DNA of 64,000 bases from Thermoplasmata archaeon (GTDB lineage Archaea; Thermoplasmatota; Thermoplasmata; Thermoplasmatales; GCA-001856825), in NCBI GenBank assembly GCA_021792255.1, contig JAJYUZ010000003.1:9405-73404 (forward strand), in the 5' to 3' direction. This document shows positions 56,503-64,000 of the stretch, one piece after another. Made by a program: the position numbers and the translations under genes. Below the pieces are notes generated by a model. It did no database searches, was not told the origin of the DNA, and saw only the letters and a list, made by a program, of their open reading frames with translations. The first letter of the stretch is position 1; each line of letters begins with the position of its first letter.

Positions 56503-57576
56503 TCAAAGGATCACTTGATTGAAGAGAGGGCCCGTAACTGATCCTTCTTCATCATCGTAGGTAACTATACCATTGGACGTTATCTTGAATAACAATGGAA
56601 CTGGATTGTAGCTCCCGCCGTTCATTTTAATGATAGACAGCTTCCTAGTTTCAGAGTCTGATCCGTTGATTTCCAGTTTGAAGATACCTGATACGAGTGA
56701 TTCCTCAATTCCGTACGCGCTTAAGTCACTCTTTCCAATACCGCTAGTTATGAGCGTGTAAGTCTGGGGAATTCCGAGGGCCTTAAAGAATTGAGCCAGA
56801 AAATCGTTGTCTCCGACAATCATCGGAGTAATAGGGTCTATCACAAGTCTAGTCGTTTCGTACTCTGCAACTAGCATTTTTATTTGACCAGTCAACGTGC
56901 GTATGTAGTTGTTTACTGAGTTGTAGTCAGAAGATAGATTGTCCTTCATTTTCAGAATCCTGTCAGAGAGTTCGAGTACTTGAATAGTTCCCTCTTTGTA
57001 ATAAGACCTAAACACGTTGGAGAAAGTTTCGACCTGAGAGATGAAATCCCTACCTGACTGATCTCCCAAGATTATGATTCCTTTTTCTCCACGTTTTGCA
57101 CCTTCTATTAAAAATTGTGCACCGGTCACGGTCTTTCCAGATCCCGGTGGACCTGATATCATGTAAATGCTGCCTTTCCTTACCAGTCTACCTATGTTAT
57201 CATCCAGTTTCTTTATGCCAAAAATACCCGACTCTTCTATTCCGCTGTCTGTTTTTACAACCGAAATATTGCAGACATTCGCGAGCTTTAGCTCTGTGCT
57301 GTTCAGCTGGTTGTCAACCAATATGGCCTTCATCTGTATGCCACAGTCTCGCGCGATGGCGTTGAACTCCATTATGTCACTAATCAGGTCTTCTGATAGG
57401 TTTTGCAGTACTGCTACCTTGTTATGCTCATCCTCCCTAGATGTCAAAACGAGATCAAACTTATGCTGCAAGCCGGATTTTCCGGTTAGTTTCACGTTAG
57501 TCCCAAATGTAAAGTCTTCTCCAAAAGCCAATTCATGGGCTATCCTGAAGACATCTACCTGAGATCCAGATAACAT
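56503..57576 (-). CDS. KaiC/RecA-like ATPase with an N-terminal restriction-endonuclease-like (Mrr_cat-like) domain
   Basis: The C-terminal 240 aa has SIYMISGPPGSGKTVTGAQFLIEGAKRGEKGIIIL (Walker A) and RLVIDPIT (Walker B). The N-terminal 115 aa reads VKLTGKSGLQHKFDLVLT...KVAVLQN...MKAILVDNQLNSTELKLANVCNISVV. Confidence 0.7.
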   Translation of the reverse strand: MLSGSQVDVFRIAHELAFGEDFTFGTNVKLTGKSGLQHKFDLVLTSREDEHNKVAVLQNLSEDLISDIMEFNAIARDCGIQMKAILVDNQLNSTELKLANVCNISVVKTDSGIEESGIFGIKKLDDNIGRLVRKGSIYMISGPPGSGKTVTGAQFLIEGAKRGEKGIIILGDQSGRDFISQVETFSNVFRSYYKEGTIQVLELSDRILKMKDNLSSDYNSVNNYIRTLTGQIKMLVAEYETTRLVIDPITPMIVGDNDFLAQFFKALGIPQTYTLITSGIGKSDLSAYGIEESLVSGIFKLEINGSDSETRKLSIIKMNGGSYNPVPLLFKITSNGIVTYDDEEGSVTGPLFNQVIL

Positions 57577-57873
57577 TTTTTCGTTATCCCTTTGGTGGGT
57601 TTAAATAATCTGTGTATTTAACTGTTCTTAGGTCGTATCCTGTTCTGAAAATGACCAGCTCAGACAAAATAAATCCTACTCTCAAGTTTCCCGAAGATTG
57701 ATGACGAAACTGTGATCCAGCCTTGACCCGCTATGGTGCAAATAGGTGCAGGAATGAAACCGCACTGGGAGAAATCTGTTGTTGACCTTAACGGTTTCTG
57801 ACTGCATATCTCCGGCATAAGGTCAATCTCAAACTATAAGTAATATGATTCATCTCAGTTGGCATAGTCAAGT

Positions 57874-58575
57874 ATGCCCGACATAAAGAAGCTGTTTGAA
57901 AAAATAACACGGTATTCCGCCCTAGCGCTCGTGATTCTTCCTTGGATTGTTTTTCTATTGTGTTACTTGCTAAATCCCCAATGGGTGCTGACTCGAGATG
58001 CCCTCAGCAGTTTCGGCGATCCTTCCTTCTCCAAGTTTCCTTTTGTTTACAACGATGGATTGGGTGTCATTGCGATTGTCATCTGGATCATGTCTCTCGG
58101 AATTGTGGTAACTTCAGAGAATAAAATGCAGACCTTCGGTGGGGCCTTTTGGTTCGTGGCTGGATTTTTTCTAGCAATGGTTGGCATTTATCACAGCGGT
58201 ACTTACCCACATGATTTCGTTTCCACATACTTCTTTGTTCAGGCGGCGCTTACCATTCTTGTAATGGGAATTGCTTCTTTCACTGCCCATGACTTTAGGG
58301 GTGCTCTCGTACCCATCTCTTTGGCCATCATCATGCCGCTTGGCGATATCTTAATCCCATTCCCATCCTCAGCCACTACAGAGATCTTTGAAATTGTGAT
58401 CATCGACGCTTTTGTAATTTTCTCATTGCTTAACACATCTGGCACAGCTAGGATGACCAGAACAGACCGGAAACGTGCGAAGCCGCCATATCCTCGAATA
58501 CAGTTAATAGTGGTAGGAGTGTTAGTGGCATTCTTCCTATTATTACTCGGTCTAATAGTCTACGCCGGTATATAG
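57874..58575 (+). CDS. hypothetical polytopic membrane protein
   Basis: 233 aa with about 6-7 hydrophobic helices and a basic C-proximal segment RMTRTDRKRAKPPYPR. Confidence 0.6.
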   Translation: MPDIKKLFEKITRYSALALVILPWIVFLLCYLLNPQWVLTRDALSSFGDPSFSKFPFVYNDGLGVIAIVIWIMSLGIVVTSENKMQTFGGAFWFVAGFFLAMVGIYHSGTYPHDFVSTYFFVQAALTILVMGIASFTAHDFRGALVPISLAIIMPLGDILIPFPSSATTEIFEIVIIDAFVIFSLLNTSGTARMTRTDRKRAKPPYPRIQLIVVGVLVAFFLLLLGLIVYAGI

Positions 58576-58620
58576 AATGTTGAGATCAAGACGACCAGAT
58601 TAACTCCTTTTTTCCGAACT

Positions 58621-58782
58621 ATGAAACTTCACCCGAGGGAAACTTTCAAAGAGGTAATAGAAAGACTCGACACAACGGCCAGCTATATTGTGCGAAACCA
58701 ACGGGAGGTCATAGAACACATCCGTGATAAGAATCCCAAATTCTTCAGGGAGGAAAAGATGTTCGAATCACCCCAACCCTGA
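58621..58782 (+). CDS. small unlisted ORF (53 aa)
   Basis: My own translation: MKLHPRETFKEVIERLDTTASYIVRNQREVIEHIRDKNPKFFREEKMFESPQP. It falls below the ORF-track length cutoff. The composition is protein-like, and there is no other support. Confidence 0.25.
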   Translation: MKLHPRETFKEVIERLDTTASYIVRNQREVIEHIRDKNPKFFREEKMFESPQP

Positions 58783-58793
58783 ACCTTTCCCGA

Positions 58794-58865
58794 TGGACTG
58801 GCGGGGATTTGAACCCCGGGCCTCCTCCATGCCAAGGAGGCGATCTTCCACTGATCTACCAGCCC
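58794..58865 (-). tRNA. tRNA-Ala (anticodon GGC)
   Basis: Hand fold. Acceptor GGGCTGG/CCAGTCC with the G3:U70 Ala identity pair, anticodon loop TTGGCAT, T arm CGGGG-TTCAAAT-CCCCG, discriminator A. No encoded CCA. Confidence 0.9.
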
Positions 58866-58947
58866 TTGTCGTTAACTTCACGCAAATATAAAATTATTCC
58901 TAACTATGAGACCATATTAATTTATAGAAACCGATATTGTAGGCATA

Positions 58948-59844
58948 GTGGGGAACTTCGTCAGCAATTTCATTGTAATGACAAAACCCAGAGTGTGGAT
59001 TTTTCTCTTGATAACAGGAATCGCCGGTGAAGTTTTTGCGCTCAGCATTCTTAGAAGCCTGAACGTGAATGGATTCATCTACGTCGCAGTGTACCTTACC
59101 CTCGGATTGATGGGGTCTGAGTCCTTATCCAACTATTTCGATTTATCCATAGACAGGAAGATGAAACGAACGATGAACAGAGCTCTTCCATCGGGCAAAA
59201 TGAACCCGTCCGTTGCCCTCTATGGTGGCCTGATTTTGATCGCGATAACTCTCGTTATGGCGATATTTAGATCATTTTTGTCCTTTGCTTTTATGGCAAC
59301 TGGCATCTTTGACTACACCATCATATATTCTCTCCTTTCCAAAAAGAGGACGCCCTTGAATATCATTCTGGGAGCTTACTCTGGAGGTGCTCCTTTGCTC
59401 GCGGGATTCTATGCATTCACTTCGACGTACAACGTTGTCGCGATCTTGATGTTCCTTACGATCTTCATATGGACTCCCCTCCACATATGGTCGCTCTCGA
59501 TAAAATACAAAGAAGACTATGCGGCTGCGTCAGTCCCCATGCTGCCAGTAAACAGGACCACTAGGGAATCTATGAGAATACTATTCCCTATTGCGTTATT
59601 GGCAGTCGTAACAACTATCCTGACTGGATTCGAGCTGAGATTTTATTTCGCATTCAATGTCGGAATTATCGTCTTTGGGTTCTACTTAATTCTTGGTCTC
59701 TTGCTCTTCGTATCTTATCTCAGAGCTTTCATTGATCCTGAGAGACGGATTATGAAACTATTCGTTTCAACCAACATCTTCATTGGAATCTTTTTTGTCT
59801 TTGTTGCACTATTCTCGCTGCTGATTCCATTTATCGGGGTATGA
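58948..59844 (+). CDS. ctaB: protoheme IX farnesyltransferase (heme O synthase, UbiA family)
   Basis: MTKPRVWIFLLITGIAG and the Asp-rich motif NYFDLSIDRKMKRTMNRALPSG. About 8-9 TM helices. Confidence 0.8.
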   Translation: MGNFVSNFIVMTKPRVWIFLLITGIAGEVFALSILRSLNVNGFIYVAVYLTLGLMGSESLSNYFDLSIDRKMKRTMNRALPSGKMNPSVALYGGLILIAITLVMAIFRSFLSFAFMATGIFDYTIIYSLLSKKRTPLNIILGAYSGGAPLLAGFYAFTSTYNVVAILMFLTIFIWTPLHIWSLSIKYKEDYAAASVPMLPVNRTTRESMRILFPIALLAVVTTILTGFELRFYFAFNVGIIVFGFYLILGLLLFVSYLRAFIDPERRIMKLFVSTNIFIGIFFVFVALFSLLIPFIGV

Positions 59845-60545
59845 AAATGAGAACCGTTCAGGTCTATCTAGAAGATTCTTATATCAAAGAACTCGACGCA
59901 GAGGTCATTGCAGTAGGTGAAGGAGTGTTCTTGGACAGAACAATTTTCTATGCAACTTCCGGAGGACAACCCTGCGATGTGGGATCGATGGTGGGAAAAG
60001 GAACCTACACGGTAAAAGAGGTAATGAAAGAGGAAGACATAGTTCACAAGACGGAACCTCTTCCCTCGGTAGGCGAAAGAGTCAGACTCCGAATTGACTG
60101 GGAGAGAAGATACAAACTTATGAGGCAACACACCGCAATTCATGTGGTTTCGTCAATTGCGATGAGGGAATTTGGAGCGATGATCACGGGGAACCAGATC
60201 TATGAAGAGTACTCAAGAATAGACTTTAACTTTAAGGATTGGAACAACGATATTTCACGTTCTCTTGAATCTAGAGTGAATACGGAACTCGGAAAGAACC
60301 AAGAGGTCACGGTGTCAACCATGAAAAGGGAGGAGATTCTGAAAATGGAAGGTGCACTGAAGGTGGATTTGAGACTGCTTCCCTCCACTGAAGTCCTCAG
60401 GGTAGTGAAGATCGGAGATGTCGATATCCAGCCGGATGGCGGTACTCACGTCAAGAACACATCAGAGATTGGAGAAATTGAGATATTCAAGATTGAAAAC
60501 AAGGGGAAGAACAACAAGAGAGTGTATTTCCGGGCTCATAAATGA
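59841..60545 (+). CDS. alaX: AlaX-type tRNA editing protein, second paralog
   Basis: HxxxH is present ([11 protein letters not shown]). The second zinc motif reads DGGTH ([14 protein letters not shown]) instead of CxxxH. ATGA overlap with ctaB. Confidence 0.75.
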   Translation: MKMRTVQVYLEDSYIKELDAEVIAVGEGVFLDRTIFYATSGGQPCDVGSMVGKGTYTVKEVMKEEDIVHKTEPLPSVGERVRLRIDWERRYKLMRQHTAIHVVSSIAMREFGAMITGNQIYEEYSRIDFNFKDWNNDISRSLESRVNTELGKNQEVTVSTMKREEILKMEGALKVDLRLLPSTEVLRVVKIGDVDIQPDGGTHVKNTSEIGEIEIFKIENKGKNNKRVYFRAHK

Positions 60546-61639
60546 AACTGGGAAAAGAAACCTTTCTCCTCTTTGAACTGTTCGAGTAGTTCCTTTTGCT
60601 TCTTACTTACCTTCTTTGGTAAAGATATCTTCGCCTTGAGGATTATGTCTGATTTTCCCCTTCCACTCTTCTTCGGAATACCCTCGCCTTTCAGCACTAT
60701 TCTTTCTTCGGGCTGTGTTCCGGGAGGAATGTCGATCTCCCTGTCGCCCGTCAACAGAGGGACTTTCAGTTTTCCACCGACTATGGCGTCGATGAAATTG
60801 ACCTGAACGTCTTTTTCAAGATCGTCGTTTTGCCTCCTAAATTCCATATAGTCGATATTGAATTGTATTCTCAGATCTCCTGAACCCCCTGGCCTAAAAT
60901 TTCCTTTGTCCCTCAGTATGTAGACCTCTTCTTCGTGTACCCCTGGAGGAGGAGAAATCTCTATCTTGTCTTTCTTTCTAGTGTACCCTGATCCGGAGCA
61001 GACGTGGCACACCTTCTCTGGTATTTTTCCTCTGCCGTTGCAGCTCCTGCAGACTTCAGTAGTTCTGAAAAGTATGAACCCCTGATTCGTAGCTCTTTCG
61101 ACGTACCCCCTGCCTCTACAGGTTTGGCAAGTCAGCAGTTTCTTAGTGGAAGAGCCAGTTCCGTTGCACTCTTCACATTTCATCTCCCTGAAATAGTAAA
61201 CCTCAATCTTTTCGTTCCTTGCAATTCTCCTTATATCTATCGGTATCTCAGCGAGTACATCCGCACCTCTCAGTTCTCTCTGCTGGGTTGAAAATCCACC
61301 GAATGGATTACCAAAACCTCCGCCGCCGAACCCAAACTGCGAAAAGATGTCTCCAAAAATGTCCTGAATGTCCTGGTAGTGATGGAACTGATTCCAGTCA
61401 AAGCCTCCCTGGAACCTGACCCCTTCCTCACCATACTGATCAAATCGTGCTCTCTTCTGGTCGTCCATCAGCACTTCATACGCTTCACTGATGCTCTTGA
61501 ATTTTTCCTCTGCTTCCTTCTTGTTCTCGGGGTTGAGGTCCGGATGGTACTTCTTTGCAAGATCCCTGTACGCTTTCTTGATATCGTCTTTCGATGCCTT
61601 TTTGTCTACTCCCAGAACGGCATAATAGTCCTTTCCCAT
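60536..61639 (-). CDS. dnaJ: chaperone DnaJ (type I Hsp40)
   Basis: J-domain HPD (KKYHPDLNP), a G/F-rich region, and four CxxCxGxG repeats ([32 protein letters not shown]). Confidence 0.9.
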   Translation of the reverse strand: MGKDYYAVLGVDKKASKDDIKKAYRDLAKKYHPDLNPENKKEAEEKFKSISEAYEVLMDDQKRARFDQYGEEGVRFQGGFDWNQFHHYQDIQDIFGDIFSQFGFGGGGFGNPFGGFSTQQRELRGADVLAEIPIDIRRIARNEKIEVYYFREMKCEECNGTGSSTKKLLTCQTCRGRGYVERATNQGFILFRTTEVCRSCNGRGKIPEKVCHVCSGSGYTRKKDKIEISPPPGVHEEEVYILRDKGNFRPGGSGDLRIQFNIDYMEFRRQNDDLEKDVQVNFIDAIVGGKLKVPLLTGDREIDIPPGTQPEERIVLKGEGIPKKSGRGKSDIILKAKISLPKKVSKKQKELLEQFKEEKGFFSQFHL

Positions 61640-61652
61640 TTAAATCGGAAGT

Positions 61653-63512
61653 TCATTGTTCCTTATTTTCTTTATCTTCGTGAATCTCCGTCTCGTTTGG
61701 ACCCTTTTCTGAGGAGGTTTCGTTCGGTTCCTGAGTTTGCTGCTGCTCTTCGGGCTTGACGTTCTTGTACATGTATTCCCCTATCTTCTGAATCTCTTTT
61801 GTCAGGACATCCATCTTTTCTTTTATTCCATCGACGTTCTTGTTTTGTATTTCGTCTTTGAGTTCTTTCAGCTTTCCGTTTATGTTGTCTTTGATGTCCT
61901 GCGGTATCTTCTCTCCATAATCAGCGAGGGTCTTTTCCGTTGAATAGGCTAGCGATTCTCCACCATTTATGGTTTCAATCTCTTCCTTCTTCTTCTTGTC
62001 TTCTTCTTCGTACTTTTTGGCCTCTTCCTTCATGCGGTTTATTTCTTCCTTGCTCAGCTTCGTACTGGAAGTAATCGTAATACCCCGCTGCTTGTTTGTG
62101 GCGAGATCCTTTGCATTGACGTTAAGAATTCCGTTTGAGTCTATATCGAAGGAAACTTCGATCTGTGGCATTCCTCTGGGTGCAGGAGGGATCCCGTCCA
62201 GCATGAACCTTCCGAGTGAAGTATTATCCTTGGCCATCGGTCTCTCGCCTTGGACAATTATTATTTCCACAGCGGTCTGATTGTCCGCTGCAGTGGAGAA
62301 GACCTGAGACTTCTTAGTGGGGATGGTCGTATTCGCAGAAATAAGGGGAGTAGCTACACCCCCGAGCGTTTCTATGCTGAGCGTAAGAGGGGTCACGTCC
62401 AGGAGCACTATACCCTTCACTTCTCCGGCCAATACTGCAGCCTGGATCGATGCCCCAATCGCCACGCATTCCATCGGATCTACGCCGCTCTCCACTTTCT
62501 TGCCCATTATGTCCTCAACGAATTTCTTTACAATGGGCATTCTCGTTGGACCACCAACAAGAATTACTTTGCTGATGTCCGAAGAAGAAAGTTTTGCTCC
62601 CTTGAGTGCTTCGTCCACAGGTCTCTTTGCCCGGTCAATCGTTGGCCTGACAAGATTCTCCAAGTCCGCCCTCGTCATGGAGATCAGGAGATGCTTCGGG
62701 CCATCCGCACCACTCGTGATGTATGGTAAATTGACTTCGGTTGAGAGAGAAGTCGATAATTCTATCTTTGCCTTTTCCGCTGCATCCTTTAACCTGATGT
62801 ATGCATTCTTGTCTTTCCTGAGATCGATACCATTCTCCTGCTGGAATTTTGATGCGAGATGGTTTATCACTGCCTCGTCCATATCGGTTCCACCAAGTTT
62901 CGTATCTCCTGAGGTTGATAGCACTTCATACACTCCAGAGCTGAATTCCATGATCGTGACATCCAGAGTCCCTCCACCAAGATCGAACACCATTATCCTG
63001 TGTTCTCCTTCCGTCTTATCGAGCCCATAGGCAAGTGCAGCTGCGGTTGGTTCGTTAATAATTCTTACCACATCCAGTCCAGCTATTGCACCAGCATCTT
63101 TGGTCGCCTGTCTCTGGTTGTCGTTAAAATAGGCTGGTACCGTAATCACTGCCTTTGTAACCTTCTCTCCTAAGTATTTCTCGGAATCATCCTTGATTTT
63201 CTGCAGCAGAAAAGCAGACACCTGCTGAGGGGTGTACTCCTTTCCTCTAATCTTGTACTTGTAACTTTCTCCCATCTTCCTCTTGAAAGCATATATTGTC
63301 CCTTCTGGATTAGTAAGGGCTTGCCTTCTTGCCGGTTCTCCTACCAGCAGCTCTCCGTTCTTTGTAAATGCAACATAACTCGGAAATGCTTTACCTCCAA
63401 TTGTTGTTCCTTCAGAGCTTGGCAGCACGACTGGCTTGCCAGCTATCATGACCGCAGCTTGTGAATTGCTTGTCCCTAGATCTATACCTAATATTTTTTC
63501 CATTTTACTCAC
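61653..63512 (-). CDS. dnaK: chaperone DnaK (Hsp70)
   Basis: [32 protein letters not shown] and [11 protein letters not shown] signatures. 619 aa. Confidence 0.95.
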   Translation of the reverse strand: MSKMEKILGIDLGTSNSQAAVMIAGKPVVLPSSEGTTIGGKAFPSYVAFTKNGELLVGEPARRQALTNPEGTIYAFKRKMGESYKYKIRGKEYTPQQVSAFLLQKIKDDSEKYLGEKVTKAVITVPAYFNDNQRQATKDAGAIAGLDVVRIINEPTAAALAYGLDKTEGEHRIMVFDLGGGTLDVTIMEFSSGVYEVLSTSGDTKLGGTDMDEAVINHLASKFQQENGIDLRKDKNAYIRLKDAAEKAKIELSTSLSTEVNLPYITSGADGPKHLLISMTRADLENLVRPTIDRAKRPVDEALKGAKLSSSDISKVILVGGPTRMPIVKKFVEDIMGKKVESGVDPMECVAIGASIQAAVLAGEVKGIVLLDVTPLTLSIETLGGVATPLISANTTIPTKKSQVFSTAADNQTAVEIIIVQGERPMAKDNTSLGRFMLDGIPPAPRGMPQIEVSFDIDSNGILNVNAKDLATNKQRGITITSSTKLSKEEINRMKEEAKKYEEEDKKKKEEIETINGGESLAYSTEKTLADYGEKIPQDIKDNINGKLKELKDEIQNKNVDGIKEKMDVLTKEIQKIGEYMYKNVKPEEQQQTQEPNETSSEKGPNETEIHEDKENKEQ

Positions 63513-63987
63513 CTTTATTGAGAATTACCAATTCTGGTCTTATTACTCTGCCTCCAAGTACGTATCCCTTCCTCACCACTTTTTTGATTGTGTTAGGCTC
63601 TCCGCCATCTTCTATTCCAATTGCTTCATGCCTGTTGGGATCGAACTTCGTGTTATCTTCTATTGCGCTGAGCCCTTCCTTCTGCAGAATTACATCTATC
63701 TGTTTTTTAATGGCCAAGGTTCCTTCGTCTCTAGCGTTGTCCAGACCGTCAAGTACAGGAAGAAGTTCTTTGATTATCCTCTCCGAAGCATAGCCTACAA
63801 GTTTTAAAGATTCCTCGCCTATTCTCTTTTGAAAATTCTCGAGGTCTGCAGAGAATCTGAGGTTTTGCTCACGTAGCTCCTGAATTGTTTTCTCTTTCTG
63901 ACCAACGCTTTCCTGTAGTAACTTTAGCTTCTCCGAACACTCGGCAATAGATTGCTTAAGAGACCGATAATAGGAGACAGATGGCAC
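63505..63987 (-). CDS. grpE: nucleotide exchange factor GrpE (5' end possibly beyond right edge)
   Basis: Coiled-coil N-terminal part plus C-terminal ...[10 protein letters not shown]...[16 protein letters not shown]. It overlaps the dnaK start by 8 nt. The frame is still open upstream of GTG 63987 to base 64000. Confidence 0.8.
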   Translation of the reverse strand: MPSVSYYRSLKQSIAECSEKLKLLQESVGQKEKTIQELREQNLRFSADLENFQKRIGEESLKLVGYASERIIKELLPVLDGLDNARDEGTLAIKKQIDVILQKEGLSAIEDNTKFDPNRHEAIGIEDGGEPNTIKKVVRKGYVLGGRVIRPELVILNKGE

Positions 63988-64000
63988 TTTCCCTAATTTT

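Noticed and set aside
49945-58865. Calling the tRNA-His to tRNA-Ala block an integrated mobile element
   Set aside because: There is no integrase, and no duplicated tRNA 3' fragment (I searched by eye for GGGGATTTGAAC-like and GGGATTTGAACCC-like copies). Only composition and content hints remain. It is reported as a low-interest observation, not as a mobile-element feature.
61969-63030. 103-237-aa plus-strand ORFs inside dnaK
   Set aside because: They are antisense shadows of a near-certain Hsp70 gene, and their Ser/Pro/Phe-rich translations are not protein-like.
1-64000. CRISPR arrays, rRNA genes, IS elements, integrases and prophage genes
   Set aside because: Scanning the intergenic regions and the ORF translations turned up no regularly spaced direct repeats, rRNA-like sequence, transposase or integrase motifs, or capsid or terminase-like proteins.

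Overview
This window is a densely packed archaeal chromosomal segment with about 70 protein genes and 3 tRNAs. Many gene junctions are 4-nt ATGA/GTGA start-stop overlaps. Archaeal identity is shown by AglB/STT3, CDP-archaeol synthase, tRNA-splicing endonuclease EndA, Nob1, archease, an LSm protein, pyruvoyl arginine decarboxylase, and archaeal-type LeuRS and GlyRS. A Thermoplasmata-like assignment is my inference only, based on a bacterial-type grpE-dnaK-dnaJ operon, heme O synthase, 2-oxoacid:ferredoxin oxidoreductases and heavy N-glycosylation signals. Most of the window is housekeeping: aminoacyl-tRNA synthetases, a POR/VOR-type plus IOR oxidoreductase array, purF, MTA salvage, acs and chaperones. 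I found no rRNA, CRISPR array, transposase or integrase. The most unusual object is a single uninterrupted 2,040-codon ORF (1609..7731). It joins a recognisable AglB oligosaccharyltransferase (WWDYG at 3328..3342) to a tail of roughly 1,100 aa made of repeated beta-sandwich-like segments rich in N-X-S/T sequons, ending in a C-terminal membrane anchor. A translationally coupled, sequon-rich membrane glycoprotein gene follows it. Other points worth a second look: (1) a 4-gene overlapping operon joining a sugar epimerase to two KaiC/RecA-like ATPases, one with a destroyed Walker A lysine. (2) A third KaiC-like ATPase with a nuclease-like N-domain, isolated by long non-coding spacers. (3) An ambiguous frameshift or coupled-ORF locus at the left edge that the ORF track misses. 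(4) A tRNA-Glu with C instead of U at T-loop position 55. (5) Several enzyme-like proteins lacking canonical catalytic residues. All functional calls come from motif recognition by eye; no database search was run.
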